A stretch of 64,000 bases of DNA, taken from contig JAZLGG010000003.1 in assembly GCA_045616185.1 (NCBI GenBank), positions 9,083-73,082 of the forward strand. The letters run 5' to 3'. This stretch comes from Paludibacteraceae bacterium (GTDB taxonomy: Bacteria; Bacteroidota; Bacteroidia; Bacteroidales; Paludibacteraceae). This document shows positions 6,964 to 14,138 of this stretch, piece after piece (the first letter of the stretch is position 1; every line of letters begins with the position of its first letter). Both the position numbers and the translations under genes were made by a program. The notes under the pieces are model-generated. The model was not told the origin of the DNA. It was given only the letters and a program-made list of their open reading frames with translations, and did no database searches.

Positions 6964-9171
6964 TTGAAAAAAATAGGGAAAATAGCGGTTTGGTTGGCCG
7001 TTGTGATGGCGGTCGCATGCGGTTTGACGGGGTGCAACAACCTGTCTGTGGAGGGTGCGCGATTGCAAAAAATGCTGTCGGAGCGCATGCGTTACGCTGA
7101 TGCCGTAACGGAGGAAGTGTGCGGGCAGATACAGTCGTCCAGTTTTGATTCGGTCTGGTCGCTCACGCAGATTGATGACAACGTGTTTTTCTATGTGTTT
7201 GACCGCGGCCGGATGGTTTTTTGGTCCGACAATAACCTCACGGCCTCCGACATGTACGTCCGCGAACCCGACAAATGGTTCTATCAACGCATGAACCACG
7301 TCCACTGCGTTGTCCGGTGGACGCAAGCGGACCGCTTGTCGGTGCTGACGGTGGTGCCGGTAAAATACGAATACGCCGTGTCGGGCAGTTTGCTCAAAAA
7401 TCACTTTATTCCGCCGTTCCGCGGCAGGGACAGCCACCGGCTGGTCTATATGCCGGAGCACGGCCACACGCAGCGGGACATCTTCAGTAACGACGGTCGC
7501 TATCTCTTTTCGTTGGACGAAGACGAACCGGATTCGGCTGCCGCGAATGAAAGCGTCGGTTTGGACAGGAGTTTCTCCTACCGCCGCCTATCCAATATGG
7601 ACAATGAGACCGGCACGGGGGAGGGGACTGTTTCCGTGCAGATTTATTATTTGCTGACGCTGGTCCTTTTTGTTGTCGCACTGGCGTTCGGCATATCCGG
7701 TCTGGTGCGCAACCACGGGTTCAAGGAAATGAGATTGCGCACGCGGTTCCTATACCTGATAGTGGCATTGGTGCTGACCAGTTTTATGTGCATCTTTTGG
7801 GTGTCAGTGGCCTATTTGCGCAGGAATTTCGAGGAACGGCAGCGGGCTACGATGGTGGAAAAGTGCCGGTATATCCAGTCGGCGCTGCAAAACCAGTATT
7901 TTCTAAACCTCAACCTGTCCGAGCGGAATACGTCCGGTCTGAATATTGACTTGCGCGATTTGGCTTACACGTTCGGCACGGATATACATGTATATGACCT
8001 GAACGGGCACTTGGTGGGCAGTTCGATACCGCAGTTGTTCACATTAGGAATGCTGTCCGGCTATATCGCGCCCGCAGTCTATTTCTCGCATGAGAGTACG
8101 CTCACGCGATACGAACGGTTGGGCGACCTGCGTTACCTGACGGGCTACACGGATTTTATCAATGGTGCCAACATCCGGTTGGGCTATATCTCGGTGCCGT
8201 CCTTTATCTCCGGTATGGAGGTACGCAAGGAAGTGGACAACTATCTGCGCAACCTGCTGCCTATTTACTTGTTGGTGTTGGTTGTGGCCCTATTGCTGTC
8301 TTTCTACGCTGCGCATATCATCCAGTCTCCGCTGACGGCATTGACGGACAAGATGCGGAACTATCGCTTGGGTAAGCGCGAACATCTCAATTACGACCGC
8401 AACGACGAGTTGGGCGAACTGGTGAAACAGTACAACGATTTGGTGGACGAACTGGAGCGTTCGTCCCGTCGTTTGGCGCAGTCCGAACGTGAAGGGGCGT
8501 GGCGGACGATGGCGCGGCAGATAGCGCACGAAATAAACAACCCGCTGACACCGATGAAACTGACGATACAGCAACTCCAACGGGTGAAAGATACCGAGCG
8601 TTTTGACGAGATGTTCGGGCGTGCGACGAATATGCTGATAGAGCAGATAGACAACCTTAGCCGTATAGCCACCTCGTTCTCCACCTTCGCCAAGATGCCG
8701 CAAGTATCTGTCAGCGAGGTTGATGTGGCGGAAAAACTGACCTCGGCCATCGCGTTGTTCGCCAACAACCCGTGGAGCATCCCCATCCGCTATGTGGGGC
8801 CGGACAGCGGCGTGATGGTCTATGCCGACCGCGAGCAGATACAGCAGGTGTTCTCCAATATCATCAAGAACGCTTTGCAGGCCATCGCGTCCAATACGGC
8901 GGAAGACGGAACGGCGGTGGAAACAGGCGACATCATCGTGATGCTGAAGGACTTGGGGCAGAAAGTGGAAATATCCTTCTCGGACAACGGTCCGGGCATT
9001 CCGCAGGAGGTGGGCAGCAAGATATTTATGCCTAATTTTACCACCAAATCCAACGGTGCGGGACTGGGACTGGCTATCTCGCGGAACATCGTGGAGGGGT
9101 CGGACGGACAAATCACCTTCGATACTTCCGACAAGGGGACCACGTTCTATGTGTATTTGCAAAAAACATAA
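6964..9171 (+). CDS. NtrY-like sensor histidine kinase (periplasmic domain, HAMP, HisKA, HATPase)
   Basis: Track ORF 6952..9171(+). The TTG at 6952 sits inside the -7 promoter box, so I prefer TTG 6964 (MKKIGKIAVWLAVVMAVACGLTGC); the start is uncertain. H-box HEINNPLTPM; N/G boxes NIIKNALQA, DNGPGIP, GAGLGLAI. Confidence 0.85.
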   Translation: MKKIGKIAVWLAVVMAVACGLTGCNNLSVEGARLQKMLSERMRYADAVTEEVCGQIQSSSFDSVWSLTQIDDNVFFYVFDRGRMVFWSDNNLTASDMYVREPDKWFYQRMNHVHCVVRWTQADRLSVLTVVPVKYEYAVSGSLLKNHFIPPFRGRDSHRLVYMPEHGHTQRDIFSNDGRYLFSLDEDEPDSAAANESVGLDRSFSYRRLSNMDNETGTGEGTVSVQIYYLLTLVLFVVALAFGISGLVRNHGFKEMRLRTRFLYLIVALVLTSFMCIFWVSVAYLRRNFEERQRATMVEKCRYIQSALQNQYFLNLNLSERNTSGLNIDLRDLAYTFGTDIHVYDLNGHLVGSSIPQLFTLGMLSGYIAPAVYFSHESTLTRYERLGDLRYLTGYTDFINGANIRLGYISVPSFISGMEVRKEVDNYLRNLLPIYLLVLVVALLLSFYAAHIIQSPLTALTDKMRNYRLGKREHLNYDRNDELGELVKQYNDLVDELERSSRRLAQSEREGAWRTMARQIAHEINNPLTPMKLTIQQLQRVKDTERFDEMFGRATNMLIEQIDNLSRIATSFSTFAKMPQVSVSEVDVAEKLTSAIALFANNPWSIPIRYVGPDSGVMVYADREQIQQVFSNIIKNALQAIASNTAEDGTAVETGDIIVMLKDLGQKVEISFSDNGPGIPQEVGSKIFMPNFTTKSNGAGLGLAISRNIVEGSDGQITFDTSDKGTTFYVYLQKT

Positions 9172-9200
9172 CATAAACATTACAAACATATCAAATTACT

Positions 9201-10544
9201 ATGAAAGCAACTGAAATTATGCAGCAATTGGCTGCCAAACACCCGGGGGAAGCGGAGTACCTGCAGGCGGTTGAAGAAGTGTTGAATTCCATTGAGGAGG
9301 TCTATAACAGCCATCCGGAGTTCGAAAAAGCCAAAATTGTGGAACGCATGGTGGAGCCGGACCGTATCTTCACGTTCCGTGTCACGTGGGTGGACGACAG
9401 CGGGACGGTGCAAACCAACCTCGGTTACCGCGTCCAGTTCAACTCGGCCATCGGCCCGTATAAGGGCGGTTTGCGCTTCCACAAGGCGGTCAATCCGTCT
9501 ATGCTGAAGTTCCTCGGCTTTGAGCAGACCTTCAAGAACGCCTTGACTACGTTACCTATGGGCGGCGCCAAGGGCGGTTCGGATTTTGACCCTGTGGGCA
9601 AGTCCGACGAAGAGATTATGCGTTTCTGCCAGGCTTTCATGCTGGAATTGTGGCGTTGCATCGGCCCCGACCAGGATATACCTGCCGGCGATGTAGGTGT
9701 CGGCGGACGTGAGATAGGCTATTTGAACGGCATGTACCAGAAACTGGCACGCGAGTATCATACAGGCGTGCTGACCGGCAAAGGTATGACGTGGGGCGGC
9801 TCTATCCTCCGTCCGGAGGCGACCGGCTTCGGCGCACTCTATTTCACCCGGCATTTGTTGGAGCGCGCGGGCAAGGATATCAGGGGCAAGCGTATCGCTA
9901 TCTCCGGTTTCGGTAATGTGGCGTGGGGTGCATGCACCAAGGCGACCGAAATGGGAGCCAAAGTGGTGGCTATATCCGGTCCCGACGGCGTGTGCGAAAT
10001 ACCCGATGGTATCACAAAGGAGATGATAGACTACATGCTGGTTATGCGTTCTTCCAATCGCAACAAGGTACAGGATATGGCGGACAAGTTCCCTGCCGCG
10101 ACCCGTTTTACCGCCGGCAAGAAAGCATGGTCTGTACCGTGCGACATTGCTCTGCCGTGCGCTTTCCAGAACGAACTGAGCGAAGACGATGCCCGCGAAC
10201 TGCAGGCTAACGGCTGCTGGTGCTGCTGTGAAGTCAGCAACATGGGATGCCAACCTGCGGCCATCCATTACTTCCAGCACAACGGCATCCTGTTCGCACC
10301 GGGTAAGGCGGTCAATGCCGGCGGTGTGGCCACGTCCGGACTGGAGATGACGCAGAATGCCGAACATATATCTTGGGAGGCGGATGAGGTGGACGAGCGT
10401 CTGCATGCCATCATGCGCTCTATTCACGAACAGTGCGTCCGCTTCGGCGAACAACCCGACGGACACGTTGATTATGTTAAAGGAGCCAATATCGCCGGAT
10501 TTATGAAGGTGGCGCAGGCTATGCTGGAGCAGGGGATTATTTAA
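9201..10544 (+). CDS. gdhA: NADP-specific glutamate dehydrogenase
   Basis: Whole track ORF. GYRVQFNSAIGPYKGGLRFH, catalytic-Lys region PMGGAKGGSDFDP, Rossmann ISGFGNVAWG. Confidence 0.95.
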   Translation: MKATEIMQQLAAKHPGEAEYLQAVEEVLNSIEEVYNSHPEFEKAKIVERMVEPDRIFTFRVTWVDDSGTVQTNLGYRVQFNSAIGPYKGGLRFHKAVNPSMLKFLGFEQTFKNALTTLPMGGAKGGSDFDPVGKSDEEIMRFCQAFMLELWRCIGPDQDIPAGDVGVGGREIGYLNGMYQKLAREYHTGVLTGKGMTWGGSILRPEATGFGALYFTRHLLERAGKDIRGKRIAISGFGNVAWGACTKATEMGAKVVAISGPDGVCEIPDGITKEMIDYMLVMRSSNRNKVQDMADKFPAATRFTAGKKAWSVPCDIALPCAFQNELSEDDARELQANGCWCCCEVSNMGCQPAAIHYFQHNGILFAPGKAVNAGGVATSGLEMTQNAEHISWEADEVDERLHAIMRSIHEQCVRFGEQPDGHVDYVKGANIAGFMKVAQAMLEQGII

Positions 10545-10573
10545 CACCGTGCAACGTGATAACCCATTGAACA

Positions 10574-11764
10574 ATGTATTTAGATTTTCAGCAGTATTTG
10601 CAACGGACGTTGCAAGAGATTAAGGAGGCCGGCCTGTATAAGAACGAGCGGGTGATTGTTACGCCCCAGTCTTCGGCCATACGTGTGGAGAACGGGGCGG
10701 AAGTAATCAATTTCTGCGCCAACAACTCCCTTGGTCTGGCGGACAACCCCGAACTGGCGGAAGCGGCCAAACAGTGTTTGGACAACCGCGGTTACGGCAT
10801 GGCGTCCGTCCGTTTCATCTGCGGCACGCAGGACACGCACAGACGTTTGGAAAAAGCGGTGTCCGACTTCTTCGGCACCGAGGACACTATCCTCTATGCG
10901 GCTTGCTTTGATGCCAACGGCGGTCTTTTCGAACCGTTGCTCACGGCGGATGACGCTATCATATCCGATGCGCTCAACCACGCCTCCATCATTGACGGTG
11001 TCCGTCTGTGCAAGGCGGTGCGCTACCGCTACGCCAACGGGGACACGGAGGATTTGGAGCGCCAGTTGCAGGCGGCGCAGGCGCAGCGTTTTCGCATTAT
11101 CGCCACGGACGGCGTCTTCTCGATGGACGGCAACGTGTGTCCGTTGGACAGGATATACGAACTGGCGGAACGGTACAACGCCATGGTCATGGTGGACGAG
11201 AGCCACTCTGCCGGTGTGGTCGGCAGGACGGGGCACGGCGTGACCGAACTGTATAACCTGCGCGGCAAGATAGAGATTATCACCGGCACGCTGGGCAAGG
11301 CCTTTGGCGGGTCGGTGGGCGGTTTTACCACGGGACGAAAGGAGATAATCGACCTGTTGCGCCAGCGTAGCCGTCCCTATCTGTTCTCCAACTCCCTTCC
11401 GCCCATGATTGCGGCGGCGGGCGTCAAGACCTTTGAACTGCTGACCCGCGACAATACCTTGCAGGACCGTCTGCACGCCAATACCGACTATTTCGTGGCG
11501 AAGATGAAAGAGGCAGGGTTTGACATCAAACCCACCCAGTCGGCTATTTGTGCCGTCATGCTGTATGATGCCCGTTTGAGTCAGGAGTTCGCCGCCGCCT
11601 TGCAGCAGGAGGGCATCTATGTTACGGGCTTCTATTATCCGGTCGTCCCGCAGGGGCAGGCGCGCATCCGCGTGCAGGTAAGCGCAGCGCACACGCGCGA
11701 GCAATTGGATAAAGGGGTCAAGGCGTTTGTCAAGGTCGGCCGCGATTTGGGCGTGTTGCACTGA
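10574..11764 (+). CDS. kbl: glycine C-acetyltransferase (2-amino-3-ketobutyrate CoA ligase)
   Basis: Whole track ORF. Colinear with E. coli Kbl as I recall it: VINFCANN.LGLA, MASVRFICGTQD.H..LE, DALNHASIIDGVRLCKA.RYRYAN, PLP-Lys region ITGTLGKA.GG, RPYLFSNSL, GIYVTGF.YPVVP.GQARIR.Q.SAAHT. Confidence 0.92.
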   Translation: MYLDFQQYLQRTLQEIKEAGLYKNERVIVTPQSSAIRVENGAEVINFCANNSLGLADNPELAEAAKQCLDNRGYGMASVRFICGTQDTHRRLEKAVSDFFGTEDTILYAACFDANGGLFEPLLTADDAIISDALNHASIIDGVRLCKAVRYRYANGDTEDLERQLQAAQAQRFRIIATDGVFSMDGNVCPLDRIYELAERYNAMVMVDESHSAGVVGRTGHGVTELYNLRGKIEIITGTLGKAFGGSVGGFTTGRKEIIDLLRQRSRPYLFSNSLPPMIAAAGVKTFELLTRDNTLQDRLHANTDYFVAKMKEAGFDIKPTQSAICAVMLYDARLSQEFAAALQQEGIYVTGFYYPVVPQGQARIRVQVSAAHTREQLDKGVKAFVKVGRDLGVLH

Positions 11765-11771
11765 CAAACAT

Positions 11772-11809
11772 AAAAAACAACTTCCGGTCGGAAGTTGTTT
11801 TTTTTTTGG
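11772..11809. terminator. bidirectional intrinsic terminator between convergent kbl and GDPD genes
   Basis: A-run, 11-bp perfect stem aaacaacttcc/ggaagttgttt (11775-11785 / 11790-11800) with loop ggtc, then a T-run. Confidence 0.8.
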
Positions 11810-11834
11810 TGGAAAAGCGGCGTATAAGGTCCAA

Positions 11835-13391
11835 CTATTTTTGCTGGCCGGATAAATGGTAGGTACGGTTGTCGCGAAAGATAAGCACCCGACCGTTGCG
11901 GACGATTTTATCCCGGTTGTCAATGTCGGAGAACGGCAGTTCATTCAAGCCGGTGGCTTTGACAACCTGTATGGTATAGGTTTGTTTGATATCATCTACA
12001 GTGGCAGTCAATGTTGCGCCCTTAACAGCCGATTTGGCGATAAGTCGTATTTGTCGTCCCATATCGTCCATCTTTTTCATATTGATGGCTCGGGCTTCCG
12101 ATATACGCCATGAAATAGCGGATGTACAACTGTCGGGCCGGACAAATGCGTCCACAAACAGAGTATCACCTATGTTCATGGTTGTATTTTCATCTATACT
12201 GAGAGTCAGTTCCTCAGCAGGATAAAGGGGGGCTGCGGTAGATATATTCCATCCGTGCAGTAAAGTGGAACCGTCGTATTCATAGACATTAACGGTAGCA
12301 GAATCCAATTGCTCATAGGCAAACAGGATGGTTGTCGCTGCCGTGGTTAAGAAATCGTTTTGTGTATAAACAACGGGGTGCTTGGTAACTTTGATATCCC
12401 GCATCTCCCATGAACCCTTGCGGGTTGTACCTTTTTCGGTAATCTGCATCTCATGTTCTTCCATCGGAAAAGAAAGGGTAGCATTTAGAGGCGATAAGCG
12501 TTCAGGTTGTGGTGACGGATTGCCAAGCGGGGTGACATACAATTTGTCAAAGGACTTGGAAAAAGGACAGATGTTGTCCCAATCCACATCCGGAAGATTT
12601 TTTTGGAGTGCAGGCGTCAAGGAGTCCGTTGTACACATATAACAACCCCATGCACATTCACTATCGTAAACATTAGACCAATCTACGACCCAAATGCCGA
12701 CCTGCAGATCATGGTCATGGCAACGTTTAACCAACTCTTGGCAGATGTTATATTGGCCGCCGCCGGAGTTGCACATGCTCGGGTTGACGCGCCATTGGTC
12801 GCACCATTGAAAAGTGCTTTCGCTCATGTTGTACATCAGCAGTTGGCATTTCACTTGGGGATAATTCGTGCGGATGTATTCCAACGATTTCTGATAGGAA
12901 GTGAGGATGATGGCTTTATCCACGAGATTGTGATTGACCATAGCCTGATATACCTGCGGAAAATTGGACATACCCTCTTGATAGAGACCGGCAGAACCTT
13001 TGATTTCCATGATGGGGAAGATGCCGAGGCTGTCAATCAGTGCGCAGAACTCGTCCACAGTCATGAGTTTACCTGTGTATGTGCGTCCGTAGCGGGTTTG
13101 TGTGAGAGTCAGTTTTTGGAGGTCAGCCAATGTGGTTTTGCTGATTTTGACTCCGGCGTGACCAAAACGATTGAGTTCATCATCGTGACTCATAACCACT
13201 TTTCCGTCAGAAGTGGTCATAAAGTCGGTTTCCACGCCGTCATAGCCATAGTGGTCCTTTGCGTTAATGAAGGCTTCTCGCGTGTTTTCTACACCATAAA
13301 TACAACCGCGATGCCCGACAAACAGGGGTTTCCATGCCATAGCCGGCAGGATAATCAAACACAGGAGAGAGGATAGGAGAAACTTTTTCAT
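11835..13391 (-). CDS. secreted glycerophosphodiester phosphodiesterase-domain protein with C-terminal beta-sandwich (Ig-like) region
   Basis: Track ORF 11835..13493(-). Start at MKKFLLSSLLCLIILPAMA (ATG 13391), downstream of a minus-strand TAnnTTTG box. GDPD motifs FVGHRGC..VENT and GVETDF..TSDGKVVMSHDD. Confidence 0.8.
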   Translation of the reverse strand: MKKFLLSSLLCLIILPAMAWKPLFVGHRGCIYGVENTREAFINAKDHYGYDGVETDFMTTSDGKVVMSHDDELNRFGHAGVKISKTTLADLQKLTLTQTRYGRTYTGKLMTVDEFCALIDSLGIFPIMEIKGSAGLYQEGMSNFPQVYQAMVNHNLVDKAIILTSYQKSLEYIRTNYPQVKCQLLMYNMSESTFQWCDQWRVNPSMCNSGGGQYNICQELVKRCHDHDLQVGIWVVDWSNVYDSECAWGCYMCTTDSLTPALQKNLPDVDWDNICPFSKSFDKLYVTPLGNPSPQPERLSPLNATLSFPMEEHEMQITEKGTTRKGSWEMRDIKVTKHPVVYTQNDFLTTAATTILFAYEQLDSATVNVYEYDGSTLLHGWNISTAAPLYPAEELTLSIDENTTMNIGDTLFVDAFVRPDSCTSAISWRISEARAINMKKMDDMGRQIRLIAKSAVKGATLTATVDDIKQTYTIQVVKATGLNELPFSDIDNRDKIVRNGRVLIFRDNRTYHLSGQQK

Positions 13392-13438
13392 GACATTAAT
13401 AGTAAATTTGTAAGTTTGTGGGGTACTAAAATTTCTTA

Positions 13439-13446
13439 CAAAGATA
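13439..13446 (-). promoter_or_regulatory. -7 box (TATCTTTG) for the GDPD gene
   Basis: Reverse complement of caaagata, 47 nt upstream of ATG 13391. Confidence 0.5.
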
Positions 13447-13472
13447 CAACAAAAATTTGGAGTGCGCAAATT

Positions 13473-13613
13473 TATTGTGCTTTTTGCAGGCAAAAAGGAT
13501 AGATTTATCTATACAAAACGGATTGTATTGTCCGTGTGTTGGGAGTTTACTCACAAAAAGACGGGCAATACAATTGGTTGTACGGCAAAGCCATTTGCCT
13601 GCAAAAGCACAAT
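13473..13613. repeat. nested inverted repeats in the GDPD/NRPS divergent control region
   Basis: Outer arms tattgtgctttttgcagg (13473-13490) and cctgcaaaagcacaat (13598-13613) pair over 16 positions, with one extra unpaired t in the left arm. Inner arms attgtattgtccg (13522-13534) and cgggcaatacaat (13562-13574) give 13 bp with one G-U. Confidence 0.75.
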
Positions 13614-13845
13614 CTTTGCACACTTTAATAAAGATGCGACTGTATTTTCGGGGGAATGCGTGGCGTGGGTATTGTGCGGCTTAGCAGGCGGCGTCCGAAG
13701 GTATAATAAAAATTTGGAATACGCAAATAAATTGCGCATTTTAATAAAGATGCGATTGTGTCGGGATTTTTTTCGCAGGTTGAACGAAGTGTGCAGGTGG
13801 TCCCGAGATGAACACGATGCGGACTCGTGCCCGGTTTGTTTTTTT

Positions 13846-13905
13846 TAGTGGAAAGTATTCTTGGAGTAGTGTGTAGTGGAGTAGTGGAAAGTGTCGCGTT
13901 CGGTA
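13846..13905. repeat. word-repeat block (gtggaaagt, gtagtg/ggagtag words) abutting R1 copy A
   Basis: tagtggaaagtattcttggagtagtgtgtagtggagtagtggaaagtgtcgcgttcggta. The same words occur at 6047-6075 next to R1 copy C. Confidence 0.8.
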
Positions 13906-14066
13906 ATTGGGTGGCTGTCGCCGGCGTGACCGCGATCAAACACCCCACTCGACAAGTCTCGTCGGGGGCCCCGTAGGTCGCGCTATTCTATGCGGGCGAC
14001 TGTTTCATCAAAGTGGGGACTTTTCGGGTCGCCCACTCGGCGTGCGTTCCGTCGCACGCCTTCACG
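13906..14066 (+). repeat. dispersed structured element R1, copy A (upstream of the NRPS promoter)
   Basis: Aligns with 54846-54998: attgggYggctgtcgccggcgtgaccgcga ... ggtcgcRctattctatgYgggYgactgtttcMtcaaagtggggac.t.tcgggtcgcccactcggcgtgcgttccgtcgcacgccttcacg. Contains the hairpin ggcgtgcg-ttccgt-cgcacgcc (14039-14060) and the stem gggcgac/gtcgccc (13994-14000 / 14028-14034). It has ~40 extra nt relative to copy B. Confidence 0.85.
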
Positions 14067-14107
14067 AGAAACTTAACTTAAAATTTGCGTATGCGAATTT
14101 TATTTAT

Positions 14108-14115
14108 TAACTTTG
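14108..14115 (+). promoter_or_regulatory. -7 box (TAACTTTG) for the NRPS gene
   Basis: TAnnTTTG match, 23 nt before ATG 14139. The same aaatttgcgtat...ttattaaYtttgcac module sits upstream of secA. Confidence 0.6.
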
Positions 14116-14138
14116 CACACTTTTACAAACCAGCAGTT

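Noticed and set aside
10574-11764. Could this alpha-oxoamine synthase be the Bacteroides serine palmitoyltransferase of sphingolipid synthesis?
   Set aside because: The sequence follows E. coli Kbl almost motif for motif (ICGTQD, DALNHASIIDGVRLCKA.RYRYAN, TGTLGKA.GG). It does not follow the Bacteroides SPT sequence as I recall it.
10580-11944. 454-aa minus-strand ORF, plus similar long shadows at 9552..10574, 14553..15617, 18438..19361, 23248..24363, 36025..37323, 46416..47408 and 8290..9189
   Set aside because: Each lies antisense to a gene with strong family motifs (kbl, gdhA, NRPS, FtsX permease, OmpA protein, FAD oxidase, histidine kinase). Each has low-complexity Arg/His/Gln-rich sequence with no domains I recognise.
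13634-13848. Two mini-ORFs (16 aa and 32 aa) listed as genes
   Set aside because: They are too short and unsupported by any homology I can recognise. They are kept only as an observation in the NRPS control-region finding.
14085-14138. Longer N-terminal extensions offered by the ORF track for the NRPS (14085), mutS2 (3404), glucosaminidase (4836), GDPD (13493), helicase (52810), DUF2520 (31548), bactofilin (39482) and PAP2 (21991)
   Set aside because: The extensions run across TAnnTTTG promoter boxes or upstream genes and lack signal peptides or family N-termini. Internal ATGs give canonical N-termini or ATGA/TGATG coupling with the upstream stop.
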